Translations under genes and position numbers: made by a program
The notes under the pieces: generated by a model
Told to the model about the DNA's origin: nothing
Seen by the model: the letters and a program-made list of their open reading frames with translations, nothing else
Databases searched by the model: none
In this document: piece by piece, positions 14,725 to 25,070 of the stretch
How positions within the stretch are numbered: the stretch's first letter is position 1
How the letters are laid out: every line of letters starts with the position of its first letter
NCBI RefSeq assembly: GCF_000010065.1
Contig: NC_006576.1
Span: 420,001 to 452,000, forward strand
Direction of reading: 5' to 3'
Length of the DNA: 32,000 nucleotides
Source: Synechococcus elongatus PCC 6301
GTDB lineage: Bacteria; Cyanobacteriota; Cyanobacteriia; Synechococcales; Synechococcaceae

Positions 14725-17308
14725 GGTCGACCTCCTGCTTCAGTTCTGAGTGGCGACAGAGTCCAGCAAAATCGCAGTAGCGACAGTAGCTGTCGTGGGG
14801 CCGAATCGGGAAATGCCCACCCTCAAAGGCTTGTTTGAGCCGCGCTGCTAACTGCTCGAGTTCAGTCGCCTCCGCCGGTTTAGGCTGACTGGCTTCCGCT
14901 TTTCGCATGTGGAGGTAGCGCACCTGCGCCACGGGTTGATCCGGCGCGATCGCCGCTGCGCCGACTTCCTGATAGAGCGCCAGTTGCAGATCCAGTTTCA
15001 ATTTCTGGTCTGTATCCCAGACTTTTTGCGTCGTGCTGCCGAGCTTGTAGTCGATCAGCTCAAGGCCAGCAGATGTTCGGTCAATGCGATCGATCGTGCC
15101 CCGCACAGGAAGACCCTGCCATTGCCCTTCAAAAGACTGTTCCACCGCGATGATTTCACTGTCAGGGCTACGGAAATTCGGCGATCGCAGCAGACGTTCC
15201 GGTAAATTGACGTAACTGAGCTGGAAAGCAGTCCAGCGGGGATGTTGCCGCAGATCACCCTCTCTAGGACGCTGCTTAGCAAGGTGCGCAGCAGCCGTTT
15301 CCACGATCGCCAGCAAGATCTCGCGATCAGGCAAGGTCTCAGTCTTGAGCTGAGGCGTCAGTAACTCCAATGCTTTGTGCAACAGGGTTCCCGTCATAGC
15401 GGCATCGGGATCGTCAGAGCGCTCTGAGTCTGTCTGGAGATTCAGCAGTTTGCTGGCTGCCCAACGGTAGGGGCATTGACCGAGTTGGATGATGCCAGTC
15501 ACTGAGAGCGGACGGGTGGGGATAGAGATCGAGTCCGCCAGTTGTCCGTTCCAGACGGCTTCGCCCTGCAAACGAGCTTGAACCTGTTGCGATCGCTGCT
15601 GGGCAGAGTGAGCGATCGGGTCTCCGTCATCAACTAGGGTCGATTGAGCCAGTAACCGTCGCCGATATTCTTCGGGACTGTGGGGGCTGTCTGCCGCTGG
15701 TGTAATTTGCGATCGCAGACCCATCTGCTCCAGATAGGCCGATGGCAGTTGCTCACGGTTATCGTGCTGACGCACCCAAGAAAATTGAGCAGTTTGAGTA
15801 GCGGCCAAAGCGCCGATCCATTGCACCTTGGCTTGCTGCACCAAACTGGCGGCGGTCGGTAGGGGCAGTCCCAGTCGCTGCAGTTGGCGGCGATCGCTGT
15901 AGTCAATCAAGGAACTGCTGGCTAAAGGCGCGGGCCAAACCCCTTCGTTGAGGCCGAGATAGAAGACGTGGCCAATCTGGGCTCCGACAATTTGTTCGGG
16001 GCGATCGAGTTGGACGCCACCGCGCCCCGGTTGGACAGGCGTGCGACTAATGCGGATTAGTTGCTCAAACTCTTGGCACCATTGCTGACGGGTCAGGGTT
16101 TCTGAGGCCGGTTCTGCCAGGTTTTTGAGCTGTTGCTGGAGCCGGTTTAGAGCAACAAGATCCTGAGGCCATCGGCGCAGACCTTGCCTCAATCCCAGTT
16201 GTTGAAGCCATTGACGCAGTTGCCCGACCCATTCCGTTCTGGTAGCCGCTAGCGGCCAGGGAGAAAATTCCGTGGCGAGGCTGGTCTGCCATGCAGCTAG
16301 ATTTTGAGGGCGATCGCGGCGGAGTTGGCGCTGGCGACCGTCGGGCAGGGCGGCGCAGAAGCTCGGGGAAAAAACACGAATGCCGCTGGGGTAGTCGAAG
16401 TCAGCAGCGATCGCGGTCAGTAAATCCTCTAGCCAGCGACCGAGGCGCGTTTCACTGATGGCAATTTCATAGAGCATGCGAGTTGGCAGGCCATATTCCC
16501 AGCCAATCTGTTGCACTAAAGGGCCGTAGGCGCGATCATCGGCAGCGAGCAAGGCAATATCGGACTGGGCAACATTCTGCTGGAGCAGTTGTTTGACGTG
16601 GCCTAAGACGCTGCGCACTTCCTGTTCACGATCGCGGTAGCTGTGGGCGATCGGTTCAGCTATCTTGGGCGGGTTGGGAGCGATCCACTGTTGCAGCCAT
16701 GGTTCCGGCGATCGCTCTTCCAGCTTGATTTGCCAGCCCCAAGCGGCGAGTTGTTCGAGTTGATGTTGCTGCTGGAGGAGTTCGGTGTAGGGCAAAACAA
16801 GAATTGAGCCCTCACCAGCCAGTTGATTAATGCAAGCGAGCTGTTCGGGCTGGGAGTCCCAGTAGCCCCAGAGCAACAGCGGTTCGGGCTGCCCCAAGGC
16901 GGCCGCCAGACGAAAGCGCTCCGCAGGGTCGTAACGACCTTGGGCTCGCAGGGCCGTTTGATACGCAGCCGTAAGATCGACCAAGGCTTGCAGGCGATCG
17001 CTCAGACTATCAGCGCGTTGCTGCCATTCCTCGAGAGGCACTTGCAAGACGGTGCGGATTTCCGAGAGCAGTTTGTCCGTAGGCCAAGCCTGTAGCAATT
17101 CGGGTTTTGGCAGCAGGTGGAGCGATCGCCAAGCTTCGAAGGCACTGACAGGATGGAGATTATGCGATCGCAACTGGCGCTGAGCCAGGTCTTCCAGACT
17201 GATCGCCGGAACTTGCAGCACTGCCGCCGCCCGCCGGTTGGGGACAATCACCCTTAGCTCGGCTGGAATTGGGCTGGGTCGGGCACTGACGATATCACGG
17301 CTGATCAT
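14711..17308 (-). CDS. AddB/RexB-like PD-(D/E)XK nuclease subunit
   Basis: 865 aa; 'GTIDRIDRTSAGLELIDYKLG', Fe-S type cysteines 'QCPYRWAASKL' and 'CRYCDFAGLC'; overlaps the AddA-like gene by 14 bp. Confidence 0.8.
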   Translation of the reverse strand: MISRDIVSARPSPIPAELRVIVPNRRAAAVLQVPAISLEDLAQRQLRSHNLHPVSAFEAWRSLHLLPKPELLQAWPTDKLLSEIRTVLQVPLEEWQQRADSLSDRLQALVDLTAAYQTALRAQGRYDPAERFRLAAALGQPEPLLLWGYWDSQPEQLACINQLAGEGSILVLPYTELLQQQHQLEQLAAWGWQIKLEERSPEPWLQQWIAPNPPKIAEPIAHSYRDREQEVRSVLGHVKQLLQQNVAQSDIALLAADDRAYGPLVQQIGWEYGLPTRMLYEIAISETRLGRWLEDLLTAIAADFDYPSGIRVFSPSFCAALPDGRQRQLRRDRPQNLAAWQTSLATEFSPWPLAATRTEWVGQLRQWLQQLGLRQGLRRWPQDLVALNRLQQQLKNLAEPASETLTRQQWCQEFEQLIRISRTPVQPGRGGVQLDRPEQIVGAQIGHVFYLGLNEGVWPAPLASSSLIDYSDRRQLQRLGLPLPTAASLVQQAKVQWIGALAATQTAQFSWVRQHDNREQLPSAYLEQMGLRSQITPAADSPHSPEEYRRRLLAQSTLVDDGDPIAHSAQQRSQQVQARLQGEAVWNGQLADSISIPTRPLSVTGIIQLGQCPYRWAASKLLNLQTDSERSDDPDAAMTGTLLHKALELLTPQLKTETLPDREILLAIVETAAAHLAKQRPREGDLRQHPRWTAFQLSYVNLPERLLRSPNFRSPDSEIIAVEQSFEGQWQGLPVRGTIDRIDRTSAGLELIDYKLGSTTQKVWDTDQKLKLDLQLALYQEVGAAAIAPDQPVAQVRYLHMRKAEASQPKPAEATELEQLAARLKQAFEGGHFPIRPHDSYCRYCDFAGLCRHSELKQEVDHEAD

Positions 17309-17609
17309 CTTGAGACGCAGGATGGATGAGGAGACTGAAAGGAGAGTCAGAGCCGAGTTGAACTGCGATCGCTGGCTGAATTGCTCTCTTTCATGGCAGG
17401 CATCATAGTGGCGCTCAGGTTGCGTAGACTTGGCCCGTCGCAGAGTGGCACACTTATCGGCCTAGGAGGTCAGAACCATTGATGGCAGAGCCAATTTTCT
17501 CAACTAGGCTAGATCTCGAAGTTGACTAGGGTCGATTTTGTATTGACTTATTTTTAGCTTTTGCTTTTGCCAGTGGTCGTACGACTTGTAGATCCTAGTT
17601 GCTGCCGCT

Positions 17610-18212
17610 CTAGGCGATCGGGGTGGTTCCTGTGGGAACCGCATGGATGTATTCACTGCCAGATTGAGGCCACTGCCGCCAGGTTTGTGCTTCGGCGGGG
17701 TCGCCCCAACTTAATTGCAGAATCCACTCCTGACCTTGCGATCGCGGCTCTTGGCGTAAGGTAGCCCACTCACTGCGGGCTGCGATCGGGGCGATCGCTG
17801 CTTGCTGAATCGGTTCAAAGGCTCGACCGCGATCAACTGCTAGGAAGCAGTCCAACCCTCGACAAACCTGCCACCAAAACCCCAGCACGGACGGCAGGGC
17901 CGCTTGCAGTTGTAAGCGATCGCTCTCCAAAGCCAAAAGATCTGGATGGACTTCAGGAAACTGGAGAAAAGCGCCATCCGTCCGCAATTGCTGCCAGACC
18001 AAGCCGGAGATGTGATGTTGCTGCTGATAGTCCTGAACACGACTGCGGAAGCCCGCAAACGCTGCGTACTTCTGCAGACCTTCTGTTTGGAAGAAGCGAT
18101 CGAAAACCGGATGTCCTGTTGGCGGGGTCAATAAATCCAAGCGATCGCCTCGGAGGCAGGCCTGTCGTTCACGCGCCAAAATCTCAATTAAGTCAGCAGT
18201 GCTGTAGATCAT
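17610..18212 (-). CDS. Conserved-type hypothetical protein
   Basis: ORF 17610-18326; likely start at internal M ('MIYSTADLIEILARERQAC'). Confidence 0.6.
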   Translation of the reverse strand: MIYSTADLIEILARERQACLRGDRLDLLTPPTGHPVFDRFFQTEGLQKYAAFAGFRSRVQDYQQQHHISGLVWQQLRTDGAFLQFPEVHPDLLALESDRLQLQAALPSVLGFWWQVCRGLDCFLAVDRGRAFEPIQQAAIAPIAARSEWATLRQEPRSQGQEWILQLSWGDPAEAQTWRQWPQSGSEYIHAVPTGTTPIA

Positions 18213-18262
18213 GGCTGCAGCAGAGCAGGAGTCAGTGAAAGGTCCTGCGCTGATTTTGAAGG

Positions 18263-19669
18263 ATGGCGGGTAGAGTTCACCACTCGTCGCAGTACTCATC
18301 TCAGGCGCGATCGCGGCTCGACCCATCTCAGCAAGGACGGAGATCCCTATTTCGCAGCGGCTTGTCGCTCCCAGGCGCGATCGCTAGCGTTAAAGCACTA
18401 GCGTTTCCGTTGGCGATCGCAGTGTTGAATCACCCCCTCAAGCCGCGGACAGACTCGGCTGCTTCTGAACCGATCTGGCAGAAAGCGCTGGAGACTTGGC
18501 AACAGTGGTTTGGCCTCGATCGGGCGCGAGCCACCCAACTGCTGGAATCGGTGCAGCAGCAACTCGCTCCCACCGAAATTATTCTGATTGGCAAAACCCA
18601 GTCCGGTAAAAGCTCGATTATTCGGGGCCTCACGGGGGCTTCTGCCGACATCGTCGGTCAAGGCTTTCGGCCCCACACCCAACACACTCAGCGCTACGAC
18701 TATCCTTCGGAGCTGCTGCCGCTACTGACTTTCATCGATACGGTCGGGCTAGGGGAAGCGGGTTCAGAACCCGAAGCCGTCTTGGCAGAACTCAGTCATC
18801 AACTCGAAACGGAGAGCGATCGCCCGCGCCTCTTAGTCTGGACGGTCAAGGTCAGCGATTTTGCTGTCGATGAGGTTCTGCAACTCGCTAAAAGTTTGCG
18901 GCAACGCTTTCCGGCCGTGCCAGCGCTGTTGGTGTTGACCTGTCGCCATGAGCTCTATCCTCCCGAGCAAGTCGATCACCCCGACCCAGAAGAATTCGAA
19001 CAGCTACAGGATTTGCAACGGGCGATCGCAGCACAGCGCCAGACCTTTGCCGGTTGTAGCGATCGCCAAGTGGATATGGACTTCACCCGCCCGGAGGATC
19101 CGTTTCGCTGCCAGTTTGAGGGGCGCGATCGCCTGATCGAAGCCCTGAGTGATCTCCTGCCGCAAGCGGAGGCTCAGGCCTTGCTACAACTGGTTTCGGG
19201 CGAAGTCGCTCAAGCCTTGGAACGGCTCTATCGCAGCGTTAGCCAACGCTATCAGCTAGCTTTTAGCTTGGTTGCCTCTGGAGCGGCAGCGATTCCGCTT
19301 CCCTTTGCCGCCATGCCCCTGCTAACGGCGCTCCAAACCTTGATGGTGGTTGCCATTGGTCGGGTCTATGGCCAAACCCTGAACTGGGCGCAGGCCAGTG
19401 CACTGATTGCCAGCATTGGTGGGGGCTTTTTGGCACAGCTCGCAGGGCGAGAATTACTCAAGTTCATCCCAGGTTGGGGTAGTGCTGTCGCGGCTGCTTG
19501 GGCCGGGGCCTACACCTGGGCCTTAGGAGAAGCAGCGACCTTCTACTTTGCGGAAGTCTGGCAGGGCAAGATTCCCGATCGCGATCGCATTCGCCAACTG
19601 CTGCAACACACCTTTGAACGCTACCGTGCCCATTGGCCGCCGCCGGAGCATGAGGAGGAACAGCGATGA
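18263..19669 (+). CDS. GTPase with C-terminal DUF697-like membrane region
   Basis: G1 'GKTQSGKSS', G3 'DTVG'; C-terminal hydrophobic 'LPFAAMPLLTALQTLMVVAIGRVYG'. 5' boundary uncertain. Confidence 0.75.
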   Translation: MAGRVHHSSQYSSQARSRLDPSQQGRRSLFRSGLSLPGAIASVKALAFPLAIAVLNHPLKPRTDSAASEPIWQKALETWQQWFGLDRARATQLLESVQQQLAPTEIILIGKTQSGKSSIIRGLTGASADIVGQGFRPHTQHTQRYDYPSELLPLLTFIDTVGLGEAGSEPEAVLAELSHQLETESDRPRLLVWTVKVSDFAVDEVLQLAKSLRQRFPAVPALLVLTCRHELYPPEQVDHPDPEEFEQLQDLQRAIAAQRQTFAGCSDRQVDMDFTRPEDPFRCQFEGRDRLIEALSDLLPQAEAQALLQLVSGEVAQALERLYRSVSQRYQLAFSLVASGAAAIPLPFAAMPLLTALQTLMVVAIGRVYGQTLNWAQASALIASIGGGFLAQLAGRELLKFIPGWGSAVAAAWAGAYTWALGEAATFYFAEVWQGKIPDRDRIRQLLQHTFERYRAHWPPPEHEEEQR

Positions 19670-21510
19670 TGCGTTTGACACGGTGGCAGTGGGCCATCCT
19701 TGCTTTACCACCAGCGTTGATCGTCACAGGGTTGATTGGTGCCAGCGCTTGGCAACTGCATCACTGGCACCTAACCTGGCTTTGGCCCTGCTTTTTCCTG
19801 GGATTTTGGGGGTGGCGCCGGCTACTGGTGCACTGGACACAGCCCCCGGCCGTACAGTTAGCACCTCTCACTCCCGCAGCAGTCTCCGATGCCAATCGGG
19901 ATGCTCAAGCCCAGGAATTGCTGCAACGAGTTTTGGCGGCCAGCCGCACCGATCCGCCGTTTTGGGAAGACTGGCCAGGATTCTGGCAACGCTGTCTGGA
20001 GCTAGTTCAGGGTATTGCCAGTCTCTATCACCCCGAAGTGGAGTACCCCCTGCTCAATATCCAAGTTCTGCAGGCCTATCGTCTGATTCGCGATACGGTC
20101 GATGACTTGGATGGCTGGTTGCATGACTACGGGCCGCTGCTCGATCGCCTCACAATCGCTCAGGCCTACCAAGCCTACCGCTGGAGTCTGAAAGCGGCTC
20201 CTTGGCTCAAACGAGCGCAACGGGTTTGGGATGCAGCTCAGTGGTTGCTACATCCTGCATGGGCGATCGCCCGCGAAGCCACTCGTGAAGCCAGCGATCG
20301 CACCAATCAGGCGCTGTTCGCCAACTTGGGCCAACAGATGCGAGAAGCCGCTCTAGAAAATCTCTGGCAGCGATCGCTAGAACTCTATCGGGGTCAATCC
20401 TTACCGACCGCGATCGCTGTGCCGGAAGCGCCACTCACCGAAAGTCTGCTTAGCCAAGTGCAGCAGTGGCAAACGGATACGCAGGTGGTGGAGTCCGCGC
20501 CCTTGCGATTCCTGTTGATCGGTCGCACAGGAGCGGGTAAAAGTAGCCTGATCAATGCTCTGTTTCAGACCGAGACTGCGATTGTCGACTGTCTGCCCAG
20601 CACCCCCGCGATTCAGACCTACGACTGGCAACTGGACAATGGCGATCGCCTCCAACTCCTCGATTCACCGGGCTATGAACAGGCTGGGCGATTCGATCTG
20701 TGGGAATCCGTGCTGACTGCTGCTGACACGGCAGATGCGGTGGTTCTGCTTACCCCTGCCACGGATCCAGCGCTAGCGAGCGATCGCCGCTGCCTGCAAG
20801 ATCTGCGATCGCGCCGCCCCGATTTACCGCTCTTGATTGGCGTGACCCATGTCGATCGCCTGCGACCCTGGGCCGAATGGCAGCCACCCTACGACTGGCA
20901 ACAGGGCAATCGCCCCAAGGAGGTCGCAATGCGCGAGGCGGTTGCCTATCGCCAGACTGAACTGGCTGATTTCAGCGAGACGGTCATTCCCCTAGCTAAT
21001 GCCAATGGGGCACGTTCGAGCTGGAACCTTGAAGCGATCGCTGCCGCACTCTTGCAAACCTGTCCCGAAGCACAGCAACTCCGACTCGCGGCTCATCTGC
21101 GCGATCGCCAACTACGGGCTGGGCAGATTACTGCTACCATCCAGCGTCACCAGCGTGACCTCCAGCGTCAACAAGGCTTGACTACGGTCCTCAAGCGGCC
21201 GGTGTTAGGACTCTTGGCGCAACTGCTCCAGCAAGATCCTCGTTTGGGTGCCCTCCTCGCCGATCGCTTGCCCATCGAAGATCTGCCCCAGGTAATTGCC
21301 GAACTGCAACTCGCCAGTGAACTGCTGCCCTTGCTCAGCAGCGATCGCCCCCTTAATCTCGCCAGTGAACTGGGGACGATTTGGCCGTTGATCAACCGGC
21401 AACGGGGTGATCTGCAGGCGTTCAGTACCGCTTTGTTAACGCAGTACGGGGCAGCTTCGGTCATCACCAAGCTCGAGGCAGGAAGGCCGCAGCAACTCCG
21501 ACAAACCTGA
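19666..21510 (+). CDS. Membrane-anchored dynamin-like/Era-like GTPase
   Basis: N-terminal TM segments, G1 'GRTGAGKSS', G3 'DSPG', G4 'THVD'; 4-bp overlap with upstream GTPase. Confidence 0.75.
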   Translation: MMRLTRWQWAILALPPALIVTGLIGASAWQLHHWHLTWLWPCFFLGFWGWRRLLVHWTQPPAVQLAPLTPAAVSDANRDAQAQELLQRVLAASRTDPPFWEDWPGFWQRCLELVQGIASLYHPEVEYPLLNIQVLQAYRLIRDTVDDLDGWLHDYGPLLDRLTIAQAYQAYRWSLKAAPWLKRAQRVWDAAQWLLHPAWAIAREATREASDRTNQALFANLGQQMREAALENLWQRSLELYRGQSLPTAIAVPEAPLTESLLSQVQQWQTDTQVVESAPLRFLLIGRTGAGKSSLINALFQTETAIVDCLPSTPAIQTYDWQLDNGDRLQLLDSPGYEQAGRFDLWESVLTAADTADAVVLLTPATDPALASDRRCLQDLRSRRPDLPLLIGVTHVDRLRPWAEWQPPYDWQQGNRPKEVAMREAVAYRQTELADFSETVIPLANANGARSSWNLEAIAAALLQTCPEAQQLRLAAHLRDRQLRAGQITATIQRHQRDLQRQQGLTTVLKRPVLGLLAQLLQQDPRLGALLADRLPIEDLPQVIAELQLASELLPLLSSDRPLNLASELGTIWPLINRQRGDLQAFSTALLTQYGAASVITKLEAGRPQQLRQT

Positions 21511-22127
21511 GTGACTGACACCTGCTGCCACAAATAATGAGCACTCACTCATCTGCCGCGACCGGTCGTGATCGCGCCACTCTTAAGGGGGCAAGACTTC
21601 AGAAATTGGGTCAACTCCAAGCAGGGCGATCGGCCCTTTCCCTGCCTGCGCAAGAACCAGCCTAGATTCCATCAAGGTTTACAGGCTTCTCAGACAAGGG
21701 GGCTCTCCAGAATCACACCCCGGAGTGTGGACCTCATAGATGCGTGATTTTGTCAATCCAAACGTAAAGTTTTGAAAATTTTGTGGTTTTTTGACATTCC
21801 CAAAAGGCTTATCCCATCGGGGCTCATCGGGGATCAGCAAAAATCAAGTTAATTAATGTAACGATTATGAGAAAAACTCTTCAAAAACCCGTGGTAACGT
21901 GAGGGGGTTGTTTACCTAGGACGAGTAGAAACGAGCGCCTAACGGTTGGCACTTTCTGAACTGTCTAGAACGTGGCGATCGCTGCAGATAGCGAAATCCA
22001 AGGCTAGAGAAGTCAAAAGACCCTGCCGTTACGACGAGTCGGTCACTCCCCTTTGGCAAGACATTTGCTGCACTCCGGTGCTGGGAAAAGGCTCACCCCT
22101 CGATCGCGTGTGCTTATTTCGCCCGTT

Positions 22128-23135
22128 ATGCAGAAAAGAACTCTTAGCGGTCTGACCTCGACACTCTTGCTCGCAAGCTTGAGTCTGGTGCCCGCCAGCC
22201 GCGCCGAGCAGACCCAGCAGCCCCCCGTTGCTACTGCCGCATCCTCTGCGATCGCTGCATCCCAACCTGATGCGACTGCTGATGCTGAGACGCTCAAAGT
22301 TGGGAGCTCTCAGACATCTAGGGTTCTAACACCCCCGGAAGACGTGGTTGCCAAGGTTCAACCGCATCAATACCAAGGACGTGAGGCCGCTACGCTCTAC
22401 GTCAGGAACCTACCCGTCCTCACCTTTGTGGCGCCGCAGCGCAGTGCTAACACTGCCGCCGCCCGAGAGAGCAAACTGCCCACCCCAGCTCAGTTTGTGG
22501 ATCCGCTCAATGCCAAGCAAGATCCGCTCTGGCGAGCCACCAGTATTGCAGCCCTGATTAATCAACTCAGCCAAGCGGGTCTCCAGGGCGATGTCATTCA
22601 AGTTCGCTGGGACGAACGACAAGCCGCACCTGTCATCACGAGTGGCGATCGCGATCTCTTCAAAGTCGATGCCACGATGATTGTGCGCGGAGCCCGGACG
22701 CCACGTCAGGCCAGCGTCATCGTCACCAATCGTCTCCGCCAAGCTTTTGGGGCTAATCCCCTCAACACCCTGCCTGACCTAGTGGGCAGTGAAATCGCCG
22801 CGGCTCTGCAGCAGGTCGTCAGCACCACAGTTGGTATGGCTTCTTGGTATGGCCCGGGTTTCCACGGTCGGCGTACCGCCAATGGCGAAGTGTTTAATCA
22901 GCACACCCTGACGGCTGCCCACCGCACACTGCCCTTTGGCACGTTGGTGCGAGTCACCAATTTACGCAGCGGCTCTAATGTCGTCGTCCGCATCAACGAT
23001 CGCGGGCCTTTCCATGGCAACCGCCTGATCGACCTTTCCCAAGGTGCGGCTGAGGTCATCGGTCTGCGGTCGAGTGGTGTTGCCCAAGTACGCCTAGACG
23101 TTCTGCAAGGCGTTCAGCAAACTGCACAGCGCTAG
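22128..23135 (+). CDS. RlpA-family (double-psi beta-barrel) secreted protein
   Basis: '[45 protein letters not shown]...VRINDRGPF'; signal-peptide-like N-terminus from the ATG at 22128. Confidence 0.88.
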   Translation: MQKRTLSGLTSTLLLASLSLVPASRAEQTQQPPVATAASSAIAASQPDATADAETLKVGSSQTSRVLTPPEDVVAKVQPHQYQGREAATLYVRNLPVLTFVAPQRSANTAAARESKLPTPAQFVDPLNAKQDPLWRATSIAALINQLSQAGLQGDVIQVRWDERQAAPVITSGDRDLFKVDATMIVRGARTPRQASVIVTNRLRQAFGANPLNTLPDLVGSEIAAALQQVVSTTVGMASWYGPGFHGRRTANGEVFNQHTLTAAHRTLPFGTLVRVTNLRSGSNVVVRINDRGPFHGNRLIDLSQGAAEVIGLRSSGVAQVRLDVLQGVQQTAQR

Positions 23136-23163
23136 TCTCTGGCGGAGCGATCAATCCCCCGAA

Positions 23164-23195
23164 CGTGGCAGGATTCCTAAGGGAGTCCTGTCACG
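23164..23195 (+). terminator. Strong hairpin downstream of the rlpA-like gene
   Basis: CGTGGCAGGATTCC-TAAG-GGAGTCCTGTCACG, 14-bp stem including two G:T pairs; no immediate U-run. Confidence 0.45.
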
Positions 23196-23338
23196 CTGTT
23201 GATTTGGACTGGTTTGCTTTACAGCAATCGGCTCTGTTGCCGCAAGCAGCAAATCTGAGAGGATCTCCATAGGCTCCTGCCGTCACCACTGGAGTAAAAC
23301 CAAACGTTGGATCTGGAGTTGCAACCAGAGGGTCGAAG

Positions 23339-24922
23339 ATGCGCCAATTGATTAGCCCAGAGGCTCTTCGGGCCTTTCGCCAGTCGGTGCAAGGCTCTGT
23401 GGGCTTTGTGCCAACCATGGGGGCGCTCCATGCTGGACACCGAAGTCTGATCGAGCGATCGCGCCAGCAAGATGACGTGGTCATCGTCAGCATCTTTGTC
23501 AATCCGCGCCAGTTTGGCCCCCAAGAGGATTTGAGTCGCTATCCGCAAACCTTGGACGCAGACTTAGCCCTCTGTGAGGCTGCGGGGGTAGATGCTGTTT
23601 TCTGTCCCACTGCCGAGGCTCTCTACCCTCGTCCGAGCGATCGCAGTACAGGGGTACAGCCACCGGCTGAATTGATTCAGTCACTCTGTGGGCGACAGCG
23701 ACCAGGCCATTTTCAGGGGGTGGCGACGGTGGTGCTCAAGTTGCTGCAACTGGTGCAGCCCCAGCGGGCTTACTTCGGCGAGAAGGATGCTCAGCAACTG
23801 CGGGTGATTCAGCGGCTGGTGGAGGATTTCAATCTGCCCATCGCGATCGTTCCTTGCCCTACCGTGCGGGAGCCGGATGGGTTGGCTCTCAGCTCGCGCA
23901 ATCGCTATCTGACCTTTGAAGAACGCAGTCAGGCCAGTGGCCTCTATCGGGCTTTGCGAGCGGCAGCGGAATGCTTTCAGGCCGGGAGTCGCGACAGTCA
24001 GGAGCTAGTCGCTGCTGCGACGGCGGTTCTGGCCACTACGCCAGCGGTACAACTGGAATATTGCGACTGTGTCGATGCCGACAGCCTCCAACCCTTGACC
24101 CAAATCCCCGATCGCGCTTTGCTGGCGATCGCGGCGCGTGTAGGAACTGCTCGATTGATCGATAACCTAACTTTGCAAGGACGACGACCAATCATTGCGA
24201 TCGATGGCCCCGCCGGTGCTGGCAAATCGACGGTGACGAAGCGGCTCGCCCAGCAATTGGGGTTGCTCTACCTCGATACCGGCGCCATGTATCGCGCTGT
24301 GACTTGGCTCGTGCAGCAACAGGGTATCGATCCGCAAGATCCGATCGTCCTGGCGGAATTGCTTGCTCAAGCGGATCTGCAGTTGCGATCGCAACCAGCG
24401 GCGGATGGCAGTGAGCAGCTCCAGGTGCTCATTCAAGGTAACGACGTCACGGCGGCCATTCGCACCCCAACCGTGACGGCTCAGGTGTCTGCGATCGCGG
24501 CTCTTCCCTTGGTCCGTCAGTTTTTGGTAGAGCAGCAACGTCAGCTAGGTCAGCGCGGTGGGCTCGTGGCCGAAGGTCGGGATATTGGCACCCATGTCTT
24601 TCCCGACGCAGAACTGAAGATTTTTCTGACAGCAACGAATGCTGAGCGGGCGCGGCGGCGCGCACTAGACCTCGAAGCGCAGGGTCTGACGGTTGATCTG
24701 GCGCAATTGGAAGCTGAAATCCGCGATCGCGATCGTCAAGATAGTGAACGGGCGATCGCGCCACTCTGCAAGGCAGAAGATGCCGTAGAAGTGTTGACTG
24801 ATGGTCTCAGCATTGAAGCGGTTACTGACCAGATCATTCGCCTCTATCGCGATCGGGGCTTAGGGGACTCCAGTCCACAAGCTACTCCTGGCCAAACACC
24901 GAGTCCTTTGAGTCTTGGATGA
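23339..24922 (+). CDS. panC/cmk: Bifunctional pantothenate synthetase / cytidylate kinase
   Basis: N-terminal 'VPTMGALHAGHRSLIERSR' (PanC) and C-terminal 'IAIDGPAGAGKSTVTKRLAQQLG' (Cmk) in one ORF. Confidence 0.95.
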   Translation: MRQLISPEALRAFRQSVQGSVGFVPTMGALHAGHRSLIERSRQQDDVVIVSIFVNPRQFGPQEDLSRYPQTLDADLALCEAAGVDAVFCPTAEALYPRPSDRSTGVQPPAELIQSLCGRQRPGHFQGVATVVLKLLQLVQPQRAYFGEKDAQQLRVIQRLVEDFNLPIAIVPCPTVREPDGLALSSRNRYLTFEERSQASGLYRALRAAAECFQAGSRDSQELVAAATAVLATTPAVQLEYCDCVDADSLQPLTQIPDRALLAIAARVGTARLIDNLTLQGRRPIIAIDGPAGAGKSTVTKRLAQQLGLLYLDTGAMYRAVTWLVQQQGIDPQDPIVLAELLAQADLQLRSQPAADGSEQLQVLIQGNDVTAAIRTPTVTAQVSAIAALPLVRQFLVEQQRQLGQRGGLVAEGRDIGTHVFPDAELKIFLTATNAERARRRALDLEAQGLTVDLAQLEAEIRDRDRQDSERAIAPLCKAEDAVEVLTDGLSIEAVTDQIIRLYRDRGLGDSSPQATPGQTPSPLSLG

Positions 24923-25070
24923 TTGTGGCTTGAAGCAGACTGAATTAAGCATTCAAAAAGACCACTCTAGTTGTTAGTTATTTTCTTAAGTCTTCTTGTC
25001 ATTTTCCTTAGCTCTTTAAGTCCTCGGCCATCATTGAAATAAAGCTTCTGTCCGTGGACAGGGGGACTCT

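Noticed and set aside
19548-20105. 185-aa ORF overlapping the two GTPase genes in another frame
   Set aside because: Shadow ORF in GC-rich coding sequence; GTPase frames have clear motifs.
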